Shown: positions 10,228-24,489, counted from the first letter of the stretch. The stretch: 64,000 bases of DNA from Callorhinchus milii (GCF_018977255.1 NW_024704743.1:67148001-67212000), one strand, 5' to 3'. Notes: a model not told the origin generated them from the letters alone. Translations and numbers: made by a program.

Positions 10228-11271
10228 CCCGCACATCGCCCCCTCCCTCCCCATCAGTCTTTCAGATGTCTCAAAGTGCTTCACAGAATATACTGTAAAG
10301 TGAATTGACTGTATATTTTGTGGGAAAAATGTGGCAGCCAATTGTGCACAGCAGAGTTCCACAAACAGTTCCAATCGGCTAATGACCGGATTCCTGCTTA
10401 CTACTAGGTAAACAGAGCCTGTGTGGAGTAAAGAAGCTTGCCCAAAGTTTCGCCTCCTGGCAATTGAACCCAGGTCTCTCGCTTGTGAGGCAAGCGCTTT
10501 CACCACTGAAATTTAGATTAATACCTGAGATAAAAGGGGTTAAACTATGATGAGATGCTGGCAGAATTCCTCAGCATTGAGAAGGTTAAGGGGTGATATG
10601 ATTAAGGTGTTTAAAAGTAATGAAGGGAATTAACATGTTAGGTAGCTATACCACTCTGTAAAAGGATCAAAACAAGGAGACATAATTCTTAATAGTATGA
10701 CAAGGGCTGTTGAGTTGAACATTAAAGATCCCTGTGTCCTGGCTCAAAGCCTCAAATAAAATTGGTGATTCACTTCATGTTTGTGGGATATTTCTGTGTG
10801 CAAATTGTCTGCCAAGTTTGCCTACAAATACACAGTAACTACACTTTACAGTAAATCTCATGGAGCACTTTGAGACGTTTCAAGGATGTGGTAAGGTGCT
10901 TATATCAAATGCAGTAATTACAAATAATAACAATAAGATAAGAGGTAGTCGTAGTATTGAGAAAAAATTGCCAATATTGGCTTTTGGTCAAGTAGATTTT
11001 TTAATTATAAAACTACTAATAATTCTAATAATAAGTGTGCATTCCATTCCAATATATGGGAACTTCCTTGTATAGGTGGGATGCACAGAATTCTCAGTTT
11101 GGTTTGGATACTCTTAAGTATGGTGATGGCTTTCCGCATGTGTCAGACACCCAGCTAAAAAAAAAACTTCTCCAGTCTTGCCCCACACCATCTCTGAGAT
11201 CTTTGTTAATGTCCCACAACAATAATGATCAGATATTGAAAAAAGAAAAACGTGTTTCATACCTTACTGTT

Positions 11272-11805
11272 TTACATTGCATTAAATGACATTGACCAGA
11301 ATGTCAGAAAAGGCATCAGTTGTAATCTCACCGATGGTGGGAGTGCCCAAAATATTGCCAAATGCATCAGTTCCAATTTCACCGATATCCAGAATATTGG
11401 AAAAGGCCTTAGCTGCAATTTTAGTGATGGTGTGCTTTGAAGACCGTGTTTCACTTTTGTAGTTGACCCACGGTCTGCTTGCGCCCAACTTAATGGGACA
11501 GATCTTAACGGCACATAAACCATCTGGAGTGAGCGACCGGCAAAGTAAGTTGGAGCAGGTTTTTGGCAGGTTAATGCATAAAATGAAGCTTGAGGAAGAG
11601 GTGGAGCTATAGCATTTTGGCAGGTAAGCAGTGCTGATGAAACAACAGATTGATAGCTGATGTTTTGTGAGGGACCATAAACTGGATTTGGTGGATATGT
11701 TGGATATGGGGCATATGGTGATGTTGGAGGACACGATGGATAAGGGGGCGCGTGCCATCCAGCACAGGGTCCATCGCTTGGGACAAAGTGGTGAGGTTGC
11801 AGAGC
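11272..11805 (-). pseudogene. Orphan gene copy 2: terminal exon only, with indels
   Basis: Near-identical to 1760-2296. Has a 3-nt deletion (~11761), a 1-nt deletion (~11446) and a 1-nt insertion (~11289). The duplication breakpoint at ~11909 removes the upstream exons. The indels may be sequencing errors. Confidence 0.6.
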
Positions 11806-13994
11806 CTGCAAAATGAAATCATAATAAAGAATGTTTATATCCACAGTCCTGTCTATACCAAAATAAATTCAATGCAGATATGCAGTTGTGAGTGAGAATT
11901 AACTGTGTTTTCCATTATGGACTATTAATGAGGGCTACTGAAAATGTGTATTTGTGGTTAACTGAGGCCTAAAATACTCATTGTTTTAGGTTTAAGAATT
12001 GTTCCCTTGAGAGAGTTAAAATGGCTTTAACTGCTTCTGGTATTTTGGACCTTATGGCTTCCAAAGTAGAAGTGGAAAATGTAAAATAAAAACACTTTAT
12101 TAATGTTCTCACTGTAACAGGCAGACAACATTTCTGGCACAACACACATTTACCTCAGCATGCAAATTGGTGACATGGCAACAGAATTTTCCAAGCTGGC
12201 TGTTTCTGGCTTACACACAAACTGAGCCTTGCCCAGAATTCCCTATGGAGGTGATTAAAATCCTTTAGTGGATAGGCTGAGTTTATACATTGCTGGACAG
12301 TATTGTTAACTAATGGCACAATTTATAAAGAGGGAAATGTGGTGCAGTACAAACCAGTGGAAGATAGGATCGATGTTCTGGAAAAGGAAATTGCATCTTC
12401 CTGAATTTTTACACCTATAAAAGTCACCCAATAAAAGGCTGATGAATCACATACCCTACATCATGGCAAAGTTCTTCTCTTACATTGAGAAAAGTTAAGG
12501 CAACATTTTCACTTTGCTTTTGCAATGTGTTAGCTCTTCCCTTTCCTTCCTATTTGTTACTTCCTGAGCAGGGTGATTACATTAGCTAAGAGGATTCAAA
12601 AGGTTAGTAAGAATTTACTCCACTATATGACAATGGAGTTCTGATGTTAAGTTTCTTTAAAACCTTTTCAGAACAAAATCAGCACATTAAAACTGTTCTG
12701 GAGAACACACCTTTCCATGACCAAGATGTTGTTCCAATGCTCCAATGTTAAACTCTCCACAAACTAGGGGGGTCATAGTGTATAGCAGTTGGGCTGGCAT
12801 TTTCCACCAATTATATTCAGTTGGATAAATATACCCATAATGATGACAAAATTGATTCATGGTTCTGTCCTTCAGATGAGATTAAAATGAGTTGCCATCT
12901 ACCTGTTTGGGAGGATATTAAACATCCCACAGGACTGTTCAAAAAGAGAAGGGCGGTTTCTCCCAGGTGTCCTGGCCAACAATTCTCTTTACAATTGGTC
13001 ATTTGTTTCCTGGCTGTTTATGCGACATTTCTGTTTGCAAATTGCTGCCTTTGGCGGTGGTGACATCATGACATGAAACTCGTTTGAAAGGAGACTTATG
13101 TCTGTTAGAATGTTGCCATTGGTGTTTGCATGGTATTGTTTCAGTCATTTACACCCCACAGGTAGCAGGAACTGTTAAAGGATGTTGTTTGTTGTCTGAA
13201 GGAGACCTAATTTACATGAAAATGTATCGTCTGTATGAATGTGTATTGTGTGAGTGTGAAAGTACACTCACAAAGGGATAAAACACTAGGTATTTGCACA
13301 GGCAGCAGTTGCACCGTGGAGGGATCTGTAACAAAAAATTTGATCGGCTCACTCCTCTGCTCAAACCGTAAGTGCCAGCATTTAAGTATTACGACTCCAA
13401 CTTAATTTAAGACTTTGGGGTGTAGTCAAAATATATGCTGGTGCCCATTAAATATTATAAAGTTATTTTGAGAAGTGCATATTTTAAATTTGTTAATATA
13501 AACGGGATACTGGTTTTGTCCTCCCCACTCAAGAAGCCCCGACTCTAATCACTGAAGAATTGGGTATGAAATACTAAGCTCTGTGACTTGCTGCGTTTGC
13601 CTACAAATACACAATTGCTACCTTTTACAGTATATTGTATCACCTAAAGTGCTTTGAGATTTCCTCCTGATGTGAAAGGCACTATATGAGATGTAAGGAA
13701 TATTATTAACTTATTTATTAATACTTAAAAAGCCAAATGATAATAAACCTGAATTGGTTCCCCACTTGGTGCTATATTTGAAATAATAACTGTATGATTG
13801 AAATCTAGTATCAGGCATAAAGATTCTGTAGAAGATCATAAACCATGGATTTCTACTTTAACACAACCTACTTTGAAATGATGCAACAATAGTTGATGTC
13901 AATAAGGTGGGAGGAATTATCAGTTAATGAATCAAGGGACCAAAAGAAGTAGAATCTATTCTAGAAAGTCTTTAGTGGATTGCAAAACATATTT

Positions 13995-14175
13995 ACAACA
14001 ACAACAAGATTGCATTTATTGAGCGTCTTTCACGTCGGGAGGACGTCCCAAGGCGCTGTACAGTTAGGTCAGGACCCGAGCAGTGGGGAAATGGTCAGGG
14101 TGAGGAGAGGGAAGGGAGGGAGCGAGGAGGAGGTAGAGAGTCGAGAGGGGAGCTGAAGGCACGGTCAAAGAGAAA
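13995..14175 (-). mobile_element. L2 3' end fragment
   Basis: Reverse complement of the L2 3' UTR and tail seen at 34735-34957. Confidence 0.8.
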
Positions 14176-14507
14176 TTTATATCTTGAAAGGCAAAGGATG
14201 TGTTGTTGTGAAACAAACATGACAACCAAAAGTAGATAGAACTACTACAGAATTTAACAAAAGGAAAATGTTTATGCAATAGTGAGATTAAGTCAATATG
14301 TGAATGTTTATAAAAATGAAATACATGAGGAAAAAGAGAATTGAGGGCTATAGATACAGGGATTAGGAGAGATGGAGTATAAACATGATGATCTCAATGG
14401 GTCATATGACCTGTTTCCATGCTGTAACAGTCAATGTAGTTGTGTCATTTTTGTATTTTTCAAATGCACTCCTCAATGGTCTCCCTAGTTCTACCATTCA
14501 CAAGGTG

Positions 14508-14831
14508 TGGAGTACTGTAGCTCAGTGGTTAGAGCACTCATTTTGCAAGTGAGAGACCTGAGTTCAATTCCAGTCAGGGCGAAACCTTGGGCAAGTTTCC
14601 TTACTCCATACAGAGCCTAATAATAATCCCTCCAAAAAAAAAACAATAATAAAAATTGGTCATTTTCAATCCCCGACTGTTTGTGGGACTTTGCTGTGCG
14701 CAATTGGCTGCCGTGTTCGCCCACAAATATACAGTCAATTCACTTTACAGTGTGTTCTGTGAAGCACTTTGGGATGGCCTCCCGACGTGAAAAGCGCTAT
14801 ATCAAATGCAAGGATTATTATTATTATTATT
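14508..14831 (+). mobile_element. Young tRNA-Ala SINE (duplicate of 4990-5307)
   Basis: Same sequence and flanks. Confidence 0.9.
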
Positions 14832-17800
14832 AAGGTCCAGCTAATACAAACCTCCCCTGTCCACATTCTCATCCACACTAAACTGCAACCCCAATCTTTG
14901 CCAGGCTCCATTGGCTCCCTCTCTCAGAATGGATTAGCTTCAAGATACCTCATCCTCACATACAAATCCCTTCATATCCTAACAACTCCCTGCCTCTCTA
15001 CCCTGCTCATATCCAACTCCTCTGCCCACCCCCTTTGCTTAGTTAACAACAACTTGCATTTATATAGTGCCCTTCACGTGGGGTAGCATCTCGGAGCCTA
15101 GCATTGGTCTGTTGTGTGTCCCTCACTCCTCCGCTCCACCATTGGTCAAAGAGGTAAGTTTTTAGGTGAGAGAGATTTAAAGCTAGATAAAGGGGTGGCG
15201 AGACAGAGGGATTCAGGCTGGGAGTTCCAGGGATTAGGGCTGTAGTGGCTGAAGGCACAACCACCAATGGTGGAGCGGAGGAGTTGCGGTTATATTTAGG
15301 AATGTTAAATCTCACCAAGGGCATTCTGAATTATTCAGTTTGCAGATCTCACACATACAGGTGTGTATGCATGTTGAGTGGGGGGGTGGGGTAACTGCCA
15401 GTTTAAAGTAATGAAGTTACCCACCTGTACTTGCCTGAATTCCATGTCTGAGAAGGTGAAAATGACATCTCGACTCAGAAGCTCTCTCAACATATAAAAA
15501 TAAGGAGTTGTTTTCTTTTGTTCCATTTAAATCATTGGGATTATGTCTAATCAAAGTTCTGGCTCCTCAATGCTATCATGTGAACACTACTGAAAAGCTT
15601 TAGTGTATGAACCTCAAAGAGGTTCTTCTTTGACTTTTCTATATGTAACATTTCAAGACAGGGAGGTGGTTTTCCCCTAAATGATTGGTTTTCTTTCTAT
15701 TCCCCTCCTGCACTATGGAGAGGCAACTGTCCCTCTTTCTCCCACCACCTACCCCCTTCCTCTCCGCTTGACATTGTTCATCTTAAATCCCCCCTCCTTT
15801 TCTCCCTGCTTAGAGATCTTCATTGTCATTGTGAATTGCTTTGAAACATACATCCTATATGAAAGGTACTACTGAAGTGCAAATTGTTGTTATTTTTCCA
15901 CAGTACTGTTGCTGAGTTCCTTTACTTATCAAATGGAGGATCACAAATGTAAACCTTGTCCAACTACTTCTTCCCTGACTGATGACTTGAGATGCTCTTA
16001 AGGCACCTGCTTGAAATGTGTGAAACAAGTGCAGATTGACTTAAGAGTTATGAAGGTGCTCATTTCTGACAATCTGACAGATCAGGAACTCACTACATCA
16101 AGAGTAAGATTGCAAATCTTCCTCTTGTGACAAGACATCCTTTAAATTAAATTCAATCAAAAAAAATCAATCAATCTATATTCGAAGGCCCAAAGCACAG
16201 TGGTTAGTGTGCTTGCCTTGCAAGCAAGAAGACCCGTATTCGATTTCCAGGTGGGCGAAACTTTACGCAGGTTTCCTTACTCCACATGCCTCTGTTTACC
16301 AAGTAGTAAGTAGGAACCCGGTTGTTAATCGATTGGTGGATCACGTTCACGGTAATGGCGGTAATGGTCTGTGTGTCAGTTTGGCGCAATGGTAGCACTC
16401 TCACCTCTTAGTCAGTAGGTTGTGAGTTTAAGCGTCACATCAGGACTTGGATTCACATTGTGTAAGCTGATATTTCAATGCAGTGTTGGGGGTGTGTTTC
16501 ATTGTCGGAGGTGCCATACTTCGGATGAGGCGTTAAACCGAGGTGCCATCAGCCTTTTCAGGTGGATGTTAAAAATTCCATGGCGATTTGAAAAGACTAC
16601 GGAGTTTCTCCCATTGTTTTGGCTAACAATCCGCCCCCAAATAGAATAAAATTGATCACTCACTCCATGGCTGTTTGTGGGATATTGCTGTGCGCAATTG
16701 GCTGCCGAGTTTCGCCCACAAATATACAACCAATTCACTTTACAGTACATCCTGTGAAGCGCTTTGAGACGTCTCAATGATGTAAAAAGGCCATATATCA
16801 AATGCAAGGATTATTATTATTAAAACTAAAGCAATAGTAATAGAAAGATCATGGAAGGTAAACACATATTGTTAGATGCTTTAATTCAATCACTGTTACA
16901 TCATCAGTTTATTGTTGAGCATTCTTCCCAGTTACTGTACAGATGCAACATTTATTGAATTATTCATAGAATTTCACAGAATTCACAATTATGTTATTAA
17001 TATATGTATTCATATAGGGGGAAAATATAACGAGGAACTCATTATGAAATGCCCCAAATTTCCTATGACCGTTCATTCTCCCATTCACCCAATTAATATT
17101 TGTCTAGTAAATAGTTGACTTATTTATCTAACTTATTGTAAACCCTGAGGATTGTGTATGTATATCATTTTTAAAATTCTCTAAGAATAAAGAAATCACT
17201 GCCCTGCACTCCAATAGAATCTATAATCAGAAAAGGAGTTCACAGTTGCATCTTGTACCAACAGAATACATTTATTTAAAAGTACCATAATTAAACGCCA
17301 ATTAAGAAGCTATCAAATAATTAAAGAGATTTATTGAGGATAATATATATGAAAGCAACTATGTTTAATGTTTTTAAATGAGGATTTTATTGTTGTGATG
17401 ATTTACAATTATTACCAGCTGTGCAAAAATGCCTTATTGACAATTGTAGTCTATATTTATATGAAAATACTTTGAAGCATTTCATTTTAATGAAGGAGTT
17501 TGATGGCTCAATGTTCGGCTAAACTAAACGTTTTATATAGCAGGAGGTCTAGCATTATAAAAGAACATTCAACATTTTCATGGGAGAACTTGAACCCCAC
17601 ATGAATACAATAATGTACAATATAAATTTACATTTATATAGTGCTATTTATGTTGGGAAGCATCAAAAGGCTGCTATATAAATGTCAGTTATTGTTGTTG
17701 TTGTTGTTCTGCATACTCGAAGAGACTTTCCATTTTCATCTACTTGTATACGTCCACTTCCCCTCCATTGATTACAATTGTCAACTGTTACACCGTGGCT

Positions 17801-17878
17801 CTGAAAGATAACCAGGTCTCTGTTAATCTGCTGTACTATGAGTCATTGTTTCCCAGCTTCGCTCCTTCCTCTCCCGCC

Positions 17879-19232
17879 ACACCCTTCACAAACCCCTCCA
17901 ATCAGGTTTCAGTGCCGCCCACAGCACAGAAATAGCCCTGTGGTCAAAGTGACAAATGACATTCTGTCCATCCATGACCAGGAGCTCCCTCTGCCTCCTC
18001 GTCCTCCTTGACCTCTCTGCTACTTTCAACAATGTTGACCACTCTATCCTCATCTACTGCCTCTCCTCTCACCTCAACCTGCATGGTTCTGTCCTTGAAT
18101 GGGTCAGATCGTACCTCTCACATCTCCGACACTTCATCTCCACAAAAGGTTTCTCCTCTAGCCCCCTCACTATCTCGTGCGGTGTTCCTCAGGGCTCTGT
18201 CCTTGGTCCCTCCTCTTCAATATCTATATGCTCCCTCTTGGTGACATCATCTGTAGACATGGGGTCAACTTCCACATGTATGCGGATGACACCCAACTCT
18301 ACCTCTCTGCCTCCACCCTCGACTCCAGGACCACTGCTGTGCTGAGAGAATGTCTGTCAGACATCAAGTCCTGGATGAGAGCGAACTTTCTTCAGTTGAA
18401 CGTCAACAAAACCGAGGCTCTCCTGATTGGCTCCCGTCAGTGCCTCCTCACCTCAGGCGCTGACAGCATCACCATCCACAGTTGCACACTCCACCTCACT
18501 AAGCCAGTCTGGAACCTTGGGGTCTTGTTTGACCCTCAACTATCCTTTCTACCCCACAACTGCGCCATGACCTGCTCTGCCTTCCCCCACCTCTGCAACG
18601 TCACTTAGCTCCGATATTGTCTCACACCGCAGGCCACCGAAACCCTCATACACACATTTGTAACATCAAGGCTTGACTATGAAACTCCTTGCTTGTCGGC
18701 CTCCCCAACTCCTCCCTCCATAGACTGCAGATCATCCAGAACTCTGCAGCCCGTGTCCTCTCCTGCACTAGGAGCCGTGACCCTATCACACCCATCCTCG
18801 CCCGACTCCACTGGATTCCCATCACTCAGGAGATACAGTTCAAGATCCTAGTCCTCACCTTCAAAGCCCTCCATGGCCTTGCTCCCCACTAACCCTGCAA
18901 CCTCCTAACCTCCTACTACCCTGCTTGCTCCCTCCGCTCAGTGGGCTCCTGCCTGGTTCACATCCTCTGCCTTGCCTGCTCCACCATCAGTGGGCGGGCC
19001 TTCTGCCACTTTGCCCCTACCCTCTGGAACTCCACCATACACTCCCTCTGCCTTGCCCCCTCCCTTGCCTCCTTCAAGACCCATCTCAAGATCCTCCTAT
19101 TCGACCATGCTTTCGATTACCCTGTTTCCCAATCCCAACCCCCAGCTCGGGACCGAAATGCTGACTGTCCAGCGCCTTGGGACGTCCTCCCGACTTGAAA
19201 GGCACTATACAAATGTAATTTTGTTGTTGTAC
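17879..19232 (+). mobile_element. L2-clade LINE (duplicate of 8339-9845)
   Basis: [27 protein letters not shown] and LHWIPI motifs. Confidence 0.92.
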
Positions 19233-19279
19233 TTTGTTGTATGTAGGGCCATCATATAAGATCTTTTATCCCATCCCTG

Positions 19280-19609
19280 TGGAGTCCTGTAGCTCAGTGG
19301 TTAGAGCACTCGCTTTGCAAGCGAGAGACCTGAGTTCAATTCCAGGCAGAGGGCGAAACCTTGGGCAAGTTTCCTTACTCCACACGCCTAATAATAATCC
19401 CTCCAAAACCAAAAACAATAATAAATTGGTCATTTTCAATATACGACTGTTTGTGGGACATTGCTGTGCGCAATTGGCTGCCGCGTTCGCCCACAAATAT
19501 ACAGTCAATTCACGTTACAGTGTGTTCTGTGAAGCGCTTTGGGACGTCCTCCCGACGTGAAAAGCGCTATATCAAATGCAAGGATTATTATTATTATTAT
19601 TATTATTAT
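19280..19609 (+). mobile_element. Young tRNA-Ala SINE (duplicate of 373-715)
   Basis: Same sequence and flanks. Confidence 0.9.
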
Positions 19610-20652
19610 CCCCCGCACATCGCCCCCTCCTCCCCATCAGTCTTTCAGATGTCTCAAAGTGCTTCACAGAATATACTGTAAAGTGAATTGACTGTATATT
19701 TTGTGGGAAAAATGTGGCAGCCAATTGTGCACAGCAGAGTTCCACAAACAGTCCCAATCGGCTAATGACCGGATTCCTGCTTACTACTAGGTAAACAGAG
19801 CTGTGTGGAGTAAAGAAGCTTGCCCAAAGTTTCGCCTCCTGGCAATTGAACCCAGGTCTCTCGCTTGTGAGGCAAGCGCTTTCACCACTGAAATTTAGAT
19901 TAATACCTGAGATAAAAGGGGCTAAACTATGATGAGATGCTGGGCAGAATTCCTCAGCATTGAGAAGGTTAAGGGGTGATATGATTAAGGTGTTTAAAGT
20001 AATGAAGGGAATTAACATGTTAGGTAGCTATACCACTCTGCTAAAAGGATCAAAACAAGGAGACATAATTCTTAATAGTATGACAAGGGCTGTTGAGTTG
20101 AACATTAAAGATCCCTGTGTCCTGGCCAAAGCCTCAAATAAAATTGGTGATTCACTTCATGTTTGTGGGATATTTCTGTGTGCAAATTGTCTGCCAAGTT
20201 TGCCTACAAATACACAGTAACTACACTTTACAGTAAATCTCATGGAGCACTTTGAGACGTTTCAAGGATGTGGTAAGGTGCTATATCAAATGCAGTAATT
20301 ACAAATAATAACAATAAGATAAGAGGTAGTCGTAGTATTGAGAAAAAATTGCCAATATTGGCTTTTAGTCAAAGTAGATTTTTTAATTATAAAACTACTA
20401 ATAATTCTAATAATAAGTGTGCATTCCATTCTAATATATGGGAACTTCCTTGTATAGGTGGGATGCACAGAATTCTCAGTTTGGTTTGGATACTCTTAAG
20501 TATGGTGATGGCTTTCCGCATGTGTCAGACACCCAGCTAAAAAAAAAACTCTCCAGTCTTGCCCCACACCATCTCTGAGATCTTTGTTAATGTCCCACAA
20601 CAATAATGATCAGATATTGAAAAAAGAAAAACGTGTTTCATACCTTACTGTT

Positions 20653-21188
20653 TTACATTGCATTAAATACATTGACCAGAATGTCAGAAAAGGCATCAGT
20701 TGTAATCTCACCGATGGTGGGAGTGCCCAAAATATTGCCAAATGCATCAGTTCCAATTTCACCGATATCCAGAATATTGGAAAAGGCCTTAGCTGCAATT
20801 TTAGTGATGGTGTGCTTTGAAGACCGTTGTTTCACTTTTGTAGTTGACCCACGGTCTGCTTGCGCCCAACTTAATGGGACAGATCTTAACGGCACATAAA
20901 CCATCTGGAGTGAGCGACCGGCAAAGTAAGTTGGAGCAGGTTTTGGCAGGTTAATGCATAAAATGAAGCTTGAGGAAGAGGTGGAGCTATAGCATTTTGG
21001 CAGGTAAGCAGTGCTGATGAAACAACAGATTGATAGCTGATGTTTTGTGAGGGACCATAAACTGGATTTGGTGGATATGTTGGATATGGGGCATATGGTG
21101 ATGCTGGAGGACACAATGGATAAGGGGGCGCGTGCCATCCAGGTGCACAGGGTCCATCGCTTGGGACAAAGTGGTGAGGTTGCAGAGC
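20653..21188 (-). pseudogene. Orphan gene copy 3: terminal exon with a 1-nt frameshift at ~20940 (pseudogene or homopolymer error)
   Basis: Reads gagcagg-tttt where copy 1 has gagcaggg-tttt and copy 2 has gagcagg-ttttt. The ORF splits into 20886-21227 and 20653-21138. Otherwise I see about 4 substitutions versus copy 1. Confidence 0.6.
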
Positions 21189-22381
21189 CTGCAAAATGAA
21201 ATCATAATAAAGAATGTTTATATCCACAGTCCTGTCTATACCAAAATAAATTCAATGCAGATATGCAGTTGTGAGTGAGAATTAACTGTGTTATCTCCAA
21301 AGGTTAGTCATACCATACTTAAGTGTAGGATTGGTTTTGGTACAAAATTGACTTATTTTTCTGAACAAAACTAAAATAAAACATTTATTTTCTTTACAAC
21401 AAAATTACATTTGTAAAGCACCTTTCACGTCAAAAGTTTGCAACTATAAGCCACATTAGCAATGTCAATGTTGTGTAGCCACTGGAAAATGAACCGGTGA
21501 TGTAAAGGGTTACTCCAGGGAATTCACTTTACAGTAACACAATCTCACAAAACATTGGCAACTACTGAGTTCTTGTTAGAACTGAAGAAGTGAGACGAAA
21601 GCTGTTGGCTCTTGGGTCAGCTTTAGGCATAAGGGTTTCTTATACACCATCATGCCCACTGTCCACAATTTGATCATATCATGTGTGATCTTGCTATTTT
21701 CACAGCTATTTTTGTCAGTTTTTAATCTCTGCTGACAAAACTCACTCGTGGTGGCATGCCATTCAGTCCATCACGCTAGTCACCATTCCTCAAGTGTGAG
21801 CCTGGAGGGTAAGATCTCGGAGGCTGTGTGACAATGGGGGGGCATCCCAGCCAAAATTAAGACTGAAATATACAAATTTTCTGATCTATGGCACAATCTT
21901 TACATTTTAAGGCAATGTTAAAATCAAGAGACTTTGAGCGTCAGGATCTGAAACCATACAATTTGTGGTTTATACGTTTTGGAAAAACAAGTTGATGATA
22001 TGAAAATATTACAGCAATAAAATGAGATAATAAACTCTTCATTCAGGCAAAAATTAGCTCAACGCATGATTTGCAATAAGGATTTGCTACACAAGGGTCT
22101 GTTTCAATACTAGAAGAAGACAAGTGGTATATTCGGGTCTGGAGATAATTATTGCCTTTAGGTTAAGCTTAGGTATATTTCTTTTAAGGGTAATCAATTC
22201 TTTGTGTGGAAGAATCAAACCAGTTTGTCTCTCTGCAATTCTCTTGATGGTGACTTGTTAGGAAATGGAATAAACTCTAAACATAGAATTGTTCCACAAA
22301 ATTTCCGCTGAGTGCTTTTTGTCATGTTGCAGCGCTTTTAATAAACATTCAAAGAGAAGATGCACATTTTTCATTCAGTAC

Positions 22382-22467
22382 CTGAGAGAACATTTGTAGG
22401 TTAAAACTATATGGTAGAGGCTGAAGGATGTTTCCACAAGGTCCAGCAGCTTCTGCACTGTAAGCAC
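22382..22467 (-). CDS. Orphan gene copy 3: putative upstream exon (ATG 22393-22391)
   Basis: Identical to 3490-3575 including splice sites. The upstream donor is at 22706-22701. Confidence 0.42.
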
Positions 22468-22828
22468 CTGAATGGAGCAGTTTAAAGAATATATCTTAGA
22501 CCACATCTTTCCTCCTTTTATGCAATATTGACCTTATTTTTCTTAAGAAAGCTACAATGATATAGGTAATCTTTACAATGTGGAGTGGATTATGTAGTAC
22601 TGGAATAAAGAACACATCAAGCAGCTTGGGAAAATATTTTGATGTTTCTTGATAGAAGCACCAGAATTCCTCCTCTTTGCCTGTTGTCTTTGCCTATTTG
22701 GTTTACCTGTCCTGGTATCAGATGAGGCCTCTTGAATATTGAGAAATCATAATATATCCTTCATAAAACCTTTGAATAACGTTTTGGCAAGGGATGGAGG
22801 AGGGGTTGCCTTGTAACTTTCTCTAAAT

Positions 22829-23080
22829 TGATTTAGTGAAGACTATATTATTGTAAGAAGTGATACAGTGAAAAGCTTATATTTTTATTGTGTTAGAGGT
22901 GATTTAGTGAATAACATACTTTTTTGTGTAATAGGTGATATAGTGCAGACTTTATATTTTTAATTATGTAAGACTTGATTTAGTGAAGACCTTATATTTT
23001 TATTGTGTAGGAGATGATATAGTGAAGACTTTATATTATTGTGTAAGAGGCGATATAGTAAAGACCTTTGTTTTTAATTC
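22829..23080. repeat. Duplicate of the minisatellite at 3937-4190
   Basis: Same units, inside the duplicated block D. Confidence 0.85.
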
Positions 23081-24299
23081 AAGTACTCTGAGATGCTACC
23101 CCACATGAAAGGTGCTTTATAAATGCACATAAATGCAAGTTATTCTGTAAAAGGTTCAATGATAAATTTCCTGATAATGCTTACAGGAAATGTGTCCTAA
23201 ATAATTTTTTCTCACATTCTGTATTTGGCAATTATAGAATAATAGTGAGAAATAGATATAGGGTAAGTGAAATGTAAATATACCCCCCCCTTCTGAAATT
23301 CTATCAAAATGATAATATACAAAATATTATTCATAATAATCACCCTGTCCAATTACCTAAGGTATATCCATCTTATTGTATACACATGTTCTATGCCTCA
23401 GGGGGGAAATATGGTATAATGTATATTGTAGAATGGCTGCACGGGTGGTGGGGGGTAAGAAAGAAGGAGAATATAAAATGATTAGAGGACAAATGAACAT
23501 GCAGCATAATATAATAATACTAATAATAATCCTTGCATTTGATATAGCGCCTTATCACGTCTTCGAGATATCCCTGGAAAAATGATCTGCGAATGACTAA
23601 CAACCAGGTTCCTACTTACTGCGAGGTAAACAGTGGTTGTGGAGTAAGGAAACTTGCCCAATATTTCGCCCTACCCGGGAGTCGAACCCAGGTCTCTCGC
23701 TTGTGAGGCGAGAGCTTTTACCACTGAGCTACAGGACTCCATAATGCTCCCTTTGGTCAGTTACAGAGCAGAGTGTGTGGAACCTTGGGAGCAGCTGACC
23801 TCCTATCTTCACTAGAAGTGAATATTCACTAGAATGTTTTGCCCACAAAATATACAGTCAATTCACTTTACAGTATATTCTGTGAAGCTCTTTGAGCCGT
23901 CTCGAAGATGTGATAAGGTGCTACATCAAATGCAAGTATTATCATTATGTGACATGACTTAAAAAAGACAAAAAAAGAAAATGACATTCACAAAATGTTT
24001 TGGAAATACCCTGAAGAAACAAACCAGTAGTTACCCGGAAACAATGTTTCGTGGTTTGCAATAAGGTTCCAGAAAAGATGACTAGAAATATTCAAGGTTT
24101 GCCCAATCATTCCCACACTCACTCTTTTGAGAACAAGCTGGTGCATTTACAGGAACAAGAAGTTACTGTGTGCCAGACAGTCCCACCTAAATCAATGACA
24201 CACAGGAATAACTGAATAATTGTTGAGTTTTTACAGCTGTCTCACAATATAGGGTAAATTCCACATTAGTTACAAGGGGTACCGGTATGTTCACAGCAC

Positions 24300-24482
24300 A
24301 TAATAAATTGGTCACTTCAATCCATGACTGTTTGTGAAACATTGCTGTGCACAATTGGTTGCTGCATTTCGCCCACAAATATACAGACAATTCATTTTAC
24401 AGTATATTCTGTGAAGCGCTTTGAGATGTCTCGAAGACATGATAAGGCACTATATCAAATGCAAGGATTATTATTATTATTA
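24300..24482 (+). mobile_element. SINE 3' half (5'-truncated)
   Basis: AAATTGGTCAC...CAAATGCAAGGA(TTA)n. Confidence 0.8.
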
Positions 24483-24489
24483 CTAGTTT

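Larger units (their letters stand above)
4910..11909 (+). repeat. Segmental duplication, blocks B-C (paralog of ~14428-21292)
   Basis: Direct, near-identical match. Starts CAGTCAATGTAG (same as 14428) and ends AATTAACTGTGTT (same as 21292). Confidence 0.97.
14428..23794 (+). repeat. Segmental duplication, complete ~9.4-kb unit B-C-D
   Basis: Contains every block found in 1-11909 and is flanked by sequence unique within this window. Confidence 0.97.
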
